Of a DNA stretch of 45,971 nucleotides, positions 37,649 through 45,966 are shown piece after piece. How positions within the stretch are numbered: position 1 is the stretch's first letter; every line of letters starts with the position of its first letter. A program made the translations under genes and the position numbers. The notes below the pieces were generated by a model. That model searched no databases. It had not been told where the DNA came from and saw only the letters and a program-made list of their open reading frames with translations. The DNA is taken from the IMG/VR virus record IMGVR_UViG_3300008251_000010, positions 1-45,971 of that record; one strand, 5' to 3'. This DNA is from a virus. Lineage: Duplodnaviria; Caudoviricetes.

Positions 37649-38111
37649 TAACGTATTCCTGTGACTTTTTGATGTAGTGATCAACATGACCAGCGCCTTT
37701 AACTGAGTTATAAAGTAACTTCCAAAGTGCGGCTCGTTGTTTAAGTGTTGCGGGGATCAGTTCTTCACGTTTTAACCAAAACAATCGACACCAAATAAAC
37801 GACAACAAGGGATTATGTTGCAGTTCAAACCACTGCACTCTATCTACTTCAATACCAAAGTGTTTTAGAATTAATTTTTTATGTTTGCTGCGGGCTGTTT
37901 GCTTTATATATTCAAAGGGCTTTTTATCAAATTGATGCAAGCCCATACCGGCTAAATTGGTTGGGTCACGATATAAACCTAAGTTAGTTTCGGTAGCTGC
38001 AATCTCTAATAACAATAAATGTGCATTACCATTGCTGCCATAACCCAATACATCACACACCGCATGTGCTAAATCGAATGCCTGGGCAATCGAGGTTAAA
38101 CCGTAGTACAT
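37587..38111 (-). CDS. Putative endolysin (lysozyme-like fold)
   Basis: Between holin-like and lipoprotein genes; IAATETNLG..., GLHQFD, WKLLYNS pattern. Confidence 0.6.
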   Translation of the reverse strand: MYYGLTSIAQAFDLAHAVCDVLGYGSNGNAHLLLLEIAATETNLGLYRDPTNLAGMGLHQFDKKPFEYIKQTARSKHKKLILKHFGIEVDRVQWFELQHNPLLSFIWCRLFWLKREELIPATLKQRAALWKLLYNSVKGAGHVDHYIKKSQEYVNEKVINKRCHHCNKSQFSRL

Positions 38112-38112
38112 G

Positions 38113-38460
38113 TTATGCCTCTTTATTTTTAAACAGTTGTGATATGTAGCTTTTCATTTCATCAAACAATTGTTTTTGGCGGCCCTCTTGCTCTTTAAAG
38201 TCTTCTTTGATTTCTGTTTTTAAATCTTTTAGTTCTTGGCTAAATTTTGCTTGCTGAACATAGTTACCAGCAGCATAGGTTTTAAATGAATTAAATTTTT
38301 CATCTAGTGCGTTTACTTTTGTCCAAAGTTTTTCGCGATCTGCGGCACTATCTGTTTTATCTTCTTGGCGGTTCATTCTTTGACCTGCCACAAATGCCAC
38401 TGCAATCGTGACCAGCACACCAAACAAAGCAATAAGGTTTTGATTATCCATAAGCACCAA
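38113..38460 (-). CDS. Single-TM coiled-coil protein (holin/antiholin-like)
   Basis: N-terminal TM helix and charged coiled coil; first gene of the late operon. Confidence 0.55.
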   Translation of the reverse strand: MVLMDNQNLIALFGVLVTIAVAFVAGQRMNRQEDKTDSAADREKLWTKVNALDEKFNSFKTYAAGNYVQQAKFSQELKDLKTEIKEDFKEQEGRQKQLFDEMKSYISQLFKNKEA

Positions 38461-38473
38461 GAAAAAAAGGAAT

Positions 38474-38512
38474 AAAAAAATCCCGCATTAGCTGAGGACT
38501 CATGCAGGATTT
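38474..38512 (-). terminator. Leader terminator ahead of lysis/late operon
   Basis: AAATCC(C/T)GCAT stem with U tract on the minus strand, between the Q-like gene and lysis genes. Confidence 0.6.
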
Positions 38513-38698
38513 GGACGGATTATGTTGTTGACGCAATAACGTCACTGTGGGAACAAATATACGCTCAACTTTAAAAAAAAATAGCCGTATTTTATGGATT
38601 AGTGACACTAGTAAACTTTACGAATACCCGTGCTAATACATCAATAGCGTTATAGCTGGCGCTTAGGGTAGGCTCGATAAAGGTCACTTTATTTAAAA

Positions 38699-39070
38699 TT
38701 AACTGATACTGCTAGCATAGAAATAGGCAACTAAACAACATGCAGCACAATATATAGCAGCATATAAAAAAGACCGTTTGTGACGGGTCACAAAACCCTT
38801 TGCACTTTTAGCCAGTAATAAAGATTTTAGCTTTTTAAACTCATTGTTCATGGCTTTATCTAAAGTGGCATGGCGTATCTCATTGGCTTTACGATAGATT
38901 ACTTTAGACTTACCATTGTCTTTCACTTCAAATGTTTTAATTTTGTATGAGTGAATACGGCAATCGTAACCAATTACTTTGCCTAGCTCTCGGGTTTTAA
39001 TGCACTGCACTATTTCATCAGCGTCAAATATTAATGATTCTGATGGATTGGTATTTACGTTAACTTGATT
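38699..39070 (-). CDS. Hypothetical protein with C-terminal TM helix
   Basis: Likely start near MNQVNV, overlapping the Q-like stop (start approximate); hydrophobic C-terminus. Confidence 0.55.
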   Translation of the reverse strand, partial: NQVNVNTNPSESLIFDADEIVQCIKTRELGKVIGYDCRIHSYKIKTFEVKDNGKSKVIYRKANEIRHATLDKAMNNEFKKLKSLLLAKSAKGFVTRHKRSFLYAAIYCAACCLVAYFYASSIS

Positions 39071-39432
39071 CATTTGTAATACTCGTGTGAAATATAACAA
39101 TGCGCAGCTTTAAGACGATTGTAATAAGTAGTCTCAGTACAATTGAGTTGATACGCTTTTTGTTTGTTATTTAAATTAAGGCAAGAGGGCAAAACACTGT
39201 AATGCAATATGATCAGTTGCGCCCATTGTTGATGTTTTTTTCGTTCTGACTTAGCCAGTGCAGTAATAATATCGTCAATCAATTGTTCGCTATCATCACA
39301 TAAACCTTTACCGCCACCTGATTGACTATTCATCAAGCTGGCTAATATAGAATTAGATGAAGCTAACGTACGACCTTTACTTGACCATTGCGCCCAGCGC
39401 TCAATTAACGAATTTAAACCGGCATCAATCAT
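39070..39432 (-). CDS. Antitermination protein Q-like late regulator
   Basis: LIERWAQW, ILHY, KAYQLNCTETTYYNRLKAAH HTH; upstream of the late operon. Confidence 0.75.
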   Translation of the reverse strand: MIDAGLNSLIERWAQWSSKGRTLASSNSILASLMNSQSGGGKGLCDDSEQLIDDIITALAKSERKKHQQWAQLIILHYSVLPSCLNLNNKQKAYQLNCTETTYYNRLKAAHCYISHEYYK

Positions 39433-39435
39433 TTG

Positions 39436-39942
39436 CTATCTCGTTATAGCATTAATGCTACTTGAGCGTTTTCGACCTCTGCTTATTTGTTCTTTAAACG
39501 AGCCGATTTCAGCACTATGGCGATAAGCTTCTCTCTTTTTAAAATAACGTAACTCTAATTCATCAAATGCTTGCTGTACTTTTATAAACGCTTTACCCAT
39601 TAATGCGGGGTTACTGGCAGTTACAAATCTATCGTTTTTACCAAATGCAATTTGGTCGGTCATTTCAGCAAACCATAACTGACCACCGTATTTTTCAATC
39701 CACAGCACTTCGGGTGTGCGGTCAACATTCAATAATATTAATACTTCATCATTGACCCAAGGTGATAAATGCATTTGATTAACAAGCTTCATTGTTTCAG
39801 CCGTGCCATTCGTTTTATCTCGAAGTGACTTTAAATCTAACTCAGATACAACTCTGTTTTTAAGTTGAAGCTGTTGCTTAATCTCTTTAATAATTGCCTT
39901 TTGTGATGCCTCAGAATTTGCAACTAAACCAATAATAATCAT
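39436..39942 (-). CDS. Degenerate dNMP-kinase-like protein
   Basis: MIIIGL start and LILLNVDRTPEVLWIEKYGGQLW resemble phage dNMP kinases, but there is no GxGK P-loop. Confidence 0.4.
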   Translation of the reverse strand: MIIIGLVANSEASQKAIIKEIKQQLQLKNRVVSELDLKSLRDKTNGTAETMKLVNQMHLSPWVNDEVLILLNVDRTPEVLWIEKYGGQLWFAEMTDQIAFGKNDRFVTASNPALMGKAFIKVQQAFDELELRYFKKREAYRHSAEIGSFKEQISRGRKRSSSINAITR

Positions 39943-40157
39943 AACGCCGTCCGTTTTAATATTAATAACAATGAATGTGCGTGTAATTATTACGCATTTT
40001 TATAATTTTTTACAACTTTTGTTTAAGTATTTCTCAATAAATATAAAAAAAGTTACAAATCAGCGTTAAATAGTGGCAAGTATTTTGTGTTGCGAGGTTG
40101 TTTTATATTCGATAAAACATAGAATATAAGAAGACGACGGATGGATGGGTAACAACT

Positions 40158-40730
40158 ATGAAGATGACGCAAATTGTAATAAAAGCAGACGATCTAGAGT
40201 ACAGCACAGAAAACATGACAGCAAAACAACGCCGTGAACTGACAACTAGTAATCTAATAACAATAATGGACATTCAGTTTGATGGCCGCAGAACTGAATT
40301 TCTAAATTGGTATAACAAACATAAGCCGGCAGAATTAACGACATACAGCTATACCGCTGTTACTAGTTGGATAGATCGCAACACAGCAGCTATTGATTTA
40401 GACTATTTAATGTGGATTGCACAAGAACTTGGCTTACCAAGCATGTCGATAATGGGGATACAAGAGCAAGGAGAGTACACTCGACAACTAAGTAAACCAG
40501 TGAATGACAGTGTATATATAGATGCCAGTAATGCACAATACACAAGCCAGTTAACAAGTGAATTCACCGGCACTGGCTGGTATGTATTACGTCATAACGA
40601 TAAAAGAATCGTGCGCCAAATCACACAAAAGCCAAGTGGTTTTGAGTTATCGACCAATATGAATCAAGAGATTTTAAAAGATTTAAACGATATAACAATA
40701 ATAGAACGCATAGAATCGTTCACAGTTTAA
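40158..40730 (+). CDS. Probable repressor (divergent HTH plus S24-like C-terminal remnant)
   Basis: Divergent from the Q operon; SYTAVTSWIDRN...LMWIAQELG; C-terminal VYID...GWYVL...IVRQI beta pattern. Confidence 0.55.
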   Translation: MKMTQIVIKADDLEYSTENMTAKQRRELTTSNLITIMDIQFDGRRTEFLNWYNKHKPAELTTYSYTAVTSWIDRNTAAIDLDYLMWIAQELGLPSMSIMGIQEQGEYTRQLSKPVNDSVYIDASNAQYTSQLTSEFTGTGWYVLRHNDKRIVRQITQKPSGFELSTNMNQEILKDLNDITIIERIESFTV

Positions 40731-40771
40731 AGCGACACATAAACCTGCAACACACAATCTCCCAACCAAAT

Positions 40772-40800
40772 AACGGTTATCACTTTGATAGCCGTTTTTT
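40772..40800 (+). terminator. Intrinsic terminator after repressor
   Basis: AACGGTTATCA-ctt-TGATAGCCGTT plus T tract. Confidence 0.75.
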
Positions 40801-40879
40801 ATCCCCTTTGTCACATTAAAAACAATTAATACGCCAAAAGCTTGCAATAACTATAAATTTGCGTAATTATTCGCGCACC

Positions 40880-41166
40880 TTAATTACCAACCAGTTTTTA
40901 AGTTAGCGGGTGTGATGTCCTGCGTTCAGTCTTGTTACACATTAAATCATTCACTTACTTGATTTTAACCTTTGTCGGTGTGTAACAGGACTTACCAAAT
41001 TCGCTCATGGCAGCAGAGCAAATAGCACAAAATTGGGGGCTGCCCGTTAACTAACCTAGTTAGTTAATGTAAAACACTTAACCAGGTGATTTACATTAGC
41101 TAATCACTTCCCTTGTTTAATCCATGAAACAAAAAGCCCGAACACTTAATGTGATCGGGCTTTTTT
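40880..41166 (+). ncRNA. Candidate structured non-coding RNA
   Basis: No long ORF; several stems; operator-like motif upstream and terminator at the end; strand inferred. Confidence 0.35.
41131..41166. terminator. Bidirectional intrinsic terminator
   Basis: AAAAAGCCCGA...TCGGGCTTTTTT. Confidence 0.8.
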
Positions 41167-41188
41167 ATTGGGTTGTATTTAAGTTTAT

Positions 41189-41467
41189 TTAACTTTGTGA
41201 CGGGTCACACTTAAAATCAATAAATGCAGTGGCATAAAACCATTGTGTTTTAGTTTTATACTTAACCATAATGTTACCGTGTTCTCTTACAACATCATAA
41301 ATACGCATACGTTCACCATGTTTCTTTTTAGCTGAGCAAACATAACTAGGTATTAGTTCATCTTGATATTGTTGTCTGTATTTATTTTTAGGGGAGTAAC
41401 TATCTTTGATTGCACCAGAAATTAGCATAGCAGCGAAAATTACTGCAATCATACTGTAAATATTCAT
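41189..41467 (-). CDS. Small exported or membrane-anchored protein
   Basis: 92 aa, N-terminal hydrophobic helix, two Cys, strong GGGGG RBS. Confidence 0.6.
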   Translation of the reverse strand: MNIYSMIAVIFAAMLISGAIKDSYSPKNKYRQQYQDELIPSYVCSAKKKHGERMRIYDVVREHGNIMVKYKTKTQWFYATAFIDFKCDPSQS

Positions 41468-41476
41468 TAACCCCCC

Positions 41477-42325
41477 TTACTCAACTACAATCCAATCTTC
41501 GGCTAGTGTATCTGAACCGCTTGGAGTCCATGTTGCTACATCGTTTTGTGCAGTTTTCAAAGCCCAGTAATCACGATAAGGCACAACATCATTTTCAAAC
41601 ACATCTTTAATCGCCTCCATTTTTGCAGGATATTGCCCAGCACTAACAATATACGCAAACATATCAGCACCATTCCAACCAGTTCGTGCAATACGCTTAC
41701 CTTGCTTTGCTTGTTCAACGGCCCAACCAAAACAACCAGGCGTTAATGCCGGTTGATAACATGTATTATTAACTAACGCTTTTTTAAGGTTATAACCCTC
41801 CAGTAACCATAATTGATTTTTAGCTTCAAGTTCTGCGTTCTCAATTGCAATCTTTGCCCCTACTTCCTCATCAAAGTTCTCAATTGAAGCACATGCACTA
41901 TATTCATTAGCTAAAGTGAACTTACTACCATCAGCGAACAATAATATTGCAACAGCAACCGTTGTTGTGGTGTTTGGCACAACATACGTATGATAAGTAA
42001 CATTGTTCATTAATGTATTAATTTGTTCTGGTGTCACTCTTGGTGCAGTTAAACCTTTATCCAAAATCATTTGCTCAATAGGATTTGCACTATCTATCAC
42101 ATTCCTTTCAGCAAACGTTTCAGCATCAACATGATAAATATCATCTTCATTTAAGTAACAAATATAATCACCTGGCACTGGTGTTTGATGTGCTTTGAAA
42201 TTTACCTTCTGATCACCTAACTGATAAAACCAATTAGATTCACCAGATACTTTTTCAAGTAAACCCTCTGGTAAAATGACACATGCATTACGAACAGTTG
42301 GCTTACTTTGATAATCTTTAAACAT
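41477..42325 (-). CDS. Three-domain fusion: PGDY-motif domain, N4 gp49/Sf6 gp66-like domain and DUF2829 (Tad2-like) domain
   Basis: TAPRVTPEQI...SACASIENFDEEVGAKIA...LWLLEGY; FGWAVEQAKQGKRIARTGWNG...WTPSGSDTLAEDW. Confidence 0.8.
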   Translation of the reverse strand: MFKDYQSKPTVRNACVILPEGLLEKVSGESNWFYQLGDQKVNFKAHQTPVPGDYICYLNEDDIYHVDAETFAERNVIDSANPIEQMILDKGLTAPRVTPEQINTLMNNVTYHTYVVPNTTTTVAVAILLFADGSKFTLANEYSACASIENFDEEVGAKIAIENAELEAKNQLWLLEGYNLKKALVNNTCYQPALTPGCFGWAVEQAKQGKRIARTGWNGADMFAYIVSAGQYPAKMEAIKDVFENDVVPYRDYWALKTAQNDVATWTPSGSDTLAEDWIVVE

Positions 42326-42329
42326 AACT

Positions 42330-42675
42330 TTAACTTTCCTTTATTTACTGCATAAACAAGTCGCAGTGTGCGACAGACAATTGAACAAAACTTTTTTACG
42401 CATAACTGTGCATAATTTCGTGCTAACACTACGCGCTAACACTCGACAAAAACGCGCCTTTAAAATCAAAAACCTAAAACAAAACTCGAACGTGAATTTG
42501 AGAGTGGAATGTGACATAGCAATATTAGTGTTTTCACTCCTGAAATTTTCAAAGTATTACGGCATTTATCGAACAAATAAGGATTTTGCTTTTTGTTTGC
42601 TTTACTGCATAAATCAACCGCAACCGATTTTAGTCAAAAGCAAAAACGTCACATTCCTACAGTGACTATGACAAA
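42330..42675. other. Possible attP region
   Basis: Intergenic DNA downstream of the integrase with TTTACTGCATAAA direct repeat (42344, 42601) and AATGTGAC/GTCACATT inverted pair. Confidence 0.35.
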
Positions 42676-43995
42676 TTAATGACTGCGCATAATGTGCGGC
42701 AGCTTTTGGCGCAAAGCTTTACGATTACGTGCTAATGCCGCGCTAACAGCCTTTTCACTGTCCAACAAACCCAACTCAAGCATGACGCTTGCCCAATTAT
42801 GCAAAGCTCTGGTACATGAATCACGACCATCAGTTTGAATATATGTGCGGTCTAAATCTTTCATTTTGTGCGCTAAAAGCCATTGACCAACGATATAATT
42901 CACATTGTTTTCTTGTGTCCAAGTGTTAGCAAACTTACGAACGTCATGTGCTGACCAATTTGTTTTAGAAAATCGCTTTAAAACCTGACTTGCTGAATTA
43001 GGATGGATAGACTTATTAGGATCTTCTCGGCTTGGGAATAGATACGCGCTTTCAACACCCTGACGTTTATGCGCTCGCTTTAACTGAGTTAAAACTTCAT
43101 CAATAATTGGATTGGTATATATAAAGTGATCTTTCCCGCCTTTTGCTTTAACTTTTAAAGTGCCATTGAGTTGATCCCAATCAGACCATTTTGATTGAGA
43201 ATATTCCCCAATACGGCCAAAAGTTAAAAAAGTAAGCTGCACTAAAGCAATCGTTTTAGCATGTGGGTGTTCATGCAAGCGCTTAAAAATATAAGGCATT
43301 TCATCCATAGTTAAACGACCCGCACGACCAGAACGCTCGGTTTCAGATTTTTTATAAAAAGAATTTGAAGTGAAATTAATACAAGGATTTACTTTAATTA
43401 GTTTAAGACGGCTTGCCTCTTTTAATGCAGTAAGCAACACGCCAAGCACTTTTCGTGCAGATGATATTTTTAATTTAGTAGCCAGTTCTCGCGTAAACTC
43501 TTTAACAACTAGCAAGCTAAGACTTAAAATTTTTCTTTCATTAAAATAGGGTGAGAGATATTTAGTGATATTACTATTAATTTGATTTGCGCGATCAACG
43601 GTTATTTGTTCACCTTTCACATACTCGCCGTACCACGCTAATAATTGCGATACATTCGTGATTTTTCCATATTGAGCAGCTTTAACAATATCAACGTCAG
43701 AGCGATAGCACTTTTCTTGTACCATTCTTCTTGCAAGGGTTCTCGCTTTACCTGGTGCAACATCACCGCGCTGACCAATGCGAAACCATTTAGAATTTTT
43801 AAAGCCAGGTATACGAAAAACAGCAGAGAACGTACCGGCCTCACGACAGTTAGAAAAACGATAATAAAGTTGCGGCACTTCACTATCTTTAAGCACTTTC
43901 ACATGCTTTTGCAGCGCATACTTTGCAATTTCATCGTCATTAATCTTAATTTTAACAGTTGCCGCTTTTTTTAATGTCTGGCTATTACTATGCAA
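42676..43995 (-). CDS. int: Tyrosine integrase with N-terminal arm-binding domain
   Basis: FGRIGE, KAKGG, HDVRK, LAHK, RTY catalytic residues; N-terminal LKDSEVPQL..R...G...IG pattern. Confidence 0.88.
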   Translation of the reverse strand: MHSNSQTLKKAATVKIKINDDEIAKYALQKHVKVLKDSEVPQLYYRFSNCREAGTFSAVFRIPGFKNSKWFRIGQRGDVAPGKARTLARRMVQEKCYRSDVDIVKAAQYGKITNVSQLLAWYGEYVKGEQITVDRANQINSNITKYLSPYFNERKILSLSLLVVKEFTRELATKLKISSARKVLGVLLTALKEASRLKLIKVNPCINFTSNSFYKKSETERSGRAGRLTMDEMPYIFKRLHEHPHAKTIALVQLTFLTFGRIGEYSQSKWSDWDQLNGTLKVKAKGGKDHFIYTNPIIDEVLTQLKRAHKRQGVESAYLFPSREDPNKSIHPNSASQVLKRFSKTNWSAHDVRKFANTWTQENNVNYIVGQWLLAHKMKDLDRTYIQTDGRDSCTRALHNWASVMLELGLLDSEKAVSAALARNRKALRQKLPHIMRSH

Positions 43996-44261
43996 AATAA
44001 CGCTCTAATTACGCAAATTTACAAATATATTACTCAAAAAGATAAAAAAGAAAAGAAAAACTTAACAGAAGTGGCTTGGCTCATTATAAATGCATCAAAA
44101 TATGCCGTATTGCTCGGGTGTCATTAGGGGAGTGAGCAGAGCGCAGCTGTAATCCGCACTCTACTCAGTAAACCGCCAACACCTATGCAAGCAATTTACG
44201 ACGTGGATTATACAAAAATCTGACTGCAATGCTTGAGTAAATTCCCCTGTTAAATTAATTA

Positions 44262-44303
44262 TAGTAAAACGCTTTACATAAAGTAAAACACTATACTAAT
44301 ATA
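44262..44303 (+). promoter_or_regulatory. Putative promoter with paired operators
   Basis: TTTACA -35-like and TAATAT -10-like hexamers overlapped by two AGTAAAAC copies. Confidence 0.45.
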
Positions 44304-44333
44304 AGGCTATCTAATATTTGCTCGGTTGGTTTT

Positions 44334-44822
44334 ATGACATTACTGGAATATATAAAAGTTAATTACAAAGGAAGTAAAAGCGACTTTGCAAAAGCGCAGG
44401 GTGTGCAATTACCTCAAGTCACCCAATGGTTAAATAAGAAGTTTATCGTTATTGAGGGCGTTTTACATTCGCCAAGACGTGATTTAGATAGTGGCAATTG
44501 CTTTAAAGTTGGCAGTACATCTAAAAGCGTTACAATGAATTATTTAAATGACGAACTGGAACGTTTACTTGATTCAGTGGTAAATACAGAAAAGGTTTTA
44601 AGTTATCCAGATAGAATTAAGGGTGATTACAACAGCCATGTGTATATTAATAATACATTGCTCAAAGTAATTGAAATATTTGATGTCTTATATCAATTAG
44701 GTTTTAGTGATGATGAATTTAAACATTTAGAATGCTTTAAGTGGGGCTTTAGGAATGACACAAAACATAAACAAGAGTTCCATAAAGCTGCTGCTTTAAA
44801 GATAGATGAAGAGACCATATAA
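44334..44822 (+). CDS. Protein with N-terminal Cro-like HTH
   Basis: MTLLEYI...GSKSDFAKAQGVQLPQVTQWL. Confidence 0.65.
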   Translation: MTLLEYIKVNYKGSKSDFAKAQGVQLPQVTQWLNKKFIVIEGVLHSPRRDLDSGNCFKVGSTSKSVTMNYLNDELERLLDSVVNTEKVLSYPDRIKGDYNSHVYINNTLLKVIEIFDVLYQLGFSDDEFKHLECFKWGFRNDTKHKQEFHKAAALKIDEETI

Positions 44823-45111
44823 AATTAAAGGAATGACAATGGAAAGATATTTAGCAGGTTATTTATTTAAAATAAGCCACACAGAAGTTCATTATTTAAG
44901 AAACAAGAAAATTGATGGCCGCAAAAAGTACAGCGGTAACTTTACGACAGATAGAAAACAGGCTTATTTATTTAATGAAATTTCAGATTTCAAAGATCAT
45001 TTAACAGCATTTTTAGATAAAGCTAACAGCGAACCATCAAGTCACGATTATCATTTTTGTATGACTTATGAAAAAGTAAAAGTGAAACCTAAATCAACTG
45101 CAACAGAATAA
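44806..45111 (+). CDS. Hypothetical phage protein
   Basis: 101-aa ORF (true start may be a downstream ATG after AAAGGA). Confidence 0.55.
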   Translation: MKRPYKIKGMTMERYLAGYLFKISHTEVHYLRNKKIDGRKKYSGNFTTDRKQAYLFNEISDFKDHLTAFLDKANSEPSSHDYHFCMTYEKVKVKPKSTATE

Positions 45112-45140
45112 CCAAGTCAGGTCGGTAAAAAGGAAATAAA

Positions 45141-45302
45141 ATGGATATTGAAATTGATGACGTTTTTTCACGTTACTCTAATGATGAAATAGTTAAAGTA
45201 ATTTTAGTGACTGACACACAAGTTACTTATCAAGTAGATGATGGTGGTAGGTTTGATTCATCTATTGAAAGGTTTCTTAGAGAATTTACAAAATTAATTT
45301 AA
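45141..45302 (+). CDS. Small hypothetical protein, 53 aa (not in ORF track)
   Basis: AAGGA RBS; MDIEIDDVFSRYSNDEIVKVILVTDTQVTYQVDDGGRFDSSIERFLREFTKLI. Confidence 0.6.
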   Translation: MDIEIDDVFSRYSNDEIVKVILVTDTQVTYQVDDGGRFDSSIERFLREFTKLI

Positions 45303-45383
45303 CAAAATGACTAAGTCTGCACGCTTTTTAGCGTGCAAAACATAATCCCTCAAAAATAATTCAAATTAATTTCATTTTACCCC

Positions 45384-45416
45384 TTGCTTTTGTTTCCATT
45401 GGAAACTAATATAAAT
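45384..45416 (+). promoter_or_regulatory. Putative sigma70 promoter with palindromic operator
   Basis: TTGCTT ... TAATAT with GTTTCCATTGGAAAC palindrome in the spacer. Confidence 0.5.
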
Positions 45417-45482
45417 GCCAAGTTAATAAGTTAACTGCTGAACAAGCAGCGGCAATTAAGCCATAACAAACAAGGAAATATT

Positions 45483-45719
45483 ATGAATAGTGCAGAATTT
45501 AGAGCGTTAAAAGATGGTACAAAATCTGAAATAGTTAACGGCTTAACTAATGAAATATTAGATACAATAAAGCAAGGCGGTATAACTAAAATATCAGAAA
45601 TAAAACCTGATGTTGAGCTAATGGTTAAAGATCTTTTTGGTGACGCTGACAAAAGAATCCTTATTGAAAATGTTATGGATAAAATTGACAGTAAATTAAT
45701 TGTCGCAATAAAAGATTAA
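45483..45719 (+). CDS. Hypothetical protein
   Basis: 78 aa, AAGGA RBS. Confidence 0.6.
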   Translation: MNSAEFRALKDGTKSEIVNGLTNEILDTIKQGGITKISEIKPDVELMVKDLFGDADKRILIENVMDKIDSKLIVAIKD

Positions 45720-45762
45720 TAAAATAGGGCGAATGGTCGCCCATTACTCTTATGGAATAAAC

Positions 45763-45966
45763 ATGGCATCAACAGAACGTACGGAACAACTTAATACTCT
45801 AGTAAAACAAGCGGGTACTGATAGAGATGCAGTAAAGTTGATTGAGCAGATAAAAGGCTGCTCTCCAACACATTCAGCAATATACAAATCACGAAATGGA
45901 GCTGGTACTGATTACGTTGTGCAAAGTTATATAGACGATTTAACAGTAGCTTTAGCAACAAAATAA
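45763..45966 (+). CDS. Small putative HTH protein
   Basis: Start MASTER after a GGA RBS preferred; SPTHSAIYKSR helix. Confidence 0.5.
   Translation: MASTERTEQLNTLVKQAGTDRDAVKLIEQIKGCSPTHSAIYKSRNGAGTDYVVQSYIDDLTVALATK

Noticed and set aside
42366-42665. 99-aa + strand ORF downstream of int
   Set aside because: GTG start without a clear RBS, opposite to both neighbours and non-protein-like composition; better explained as att/regulatory DNA.
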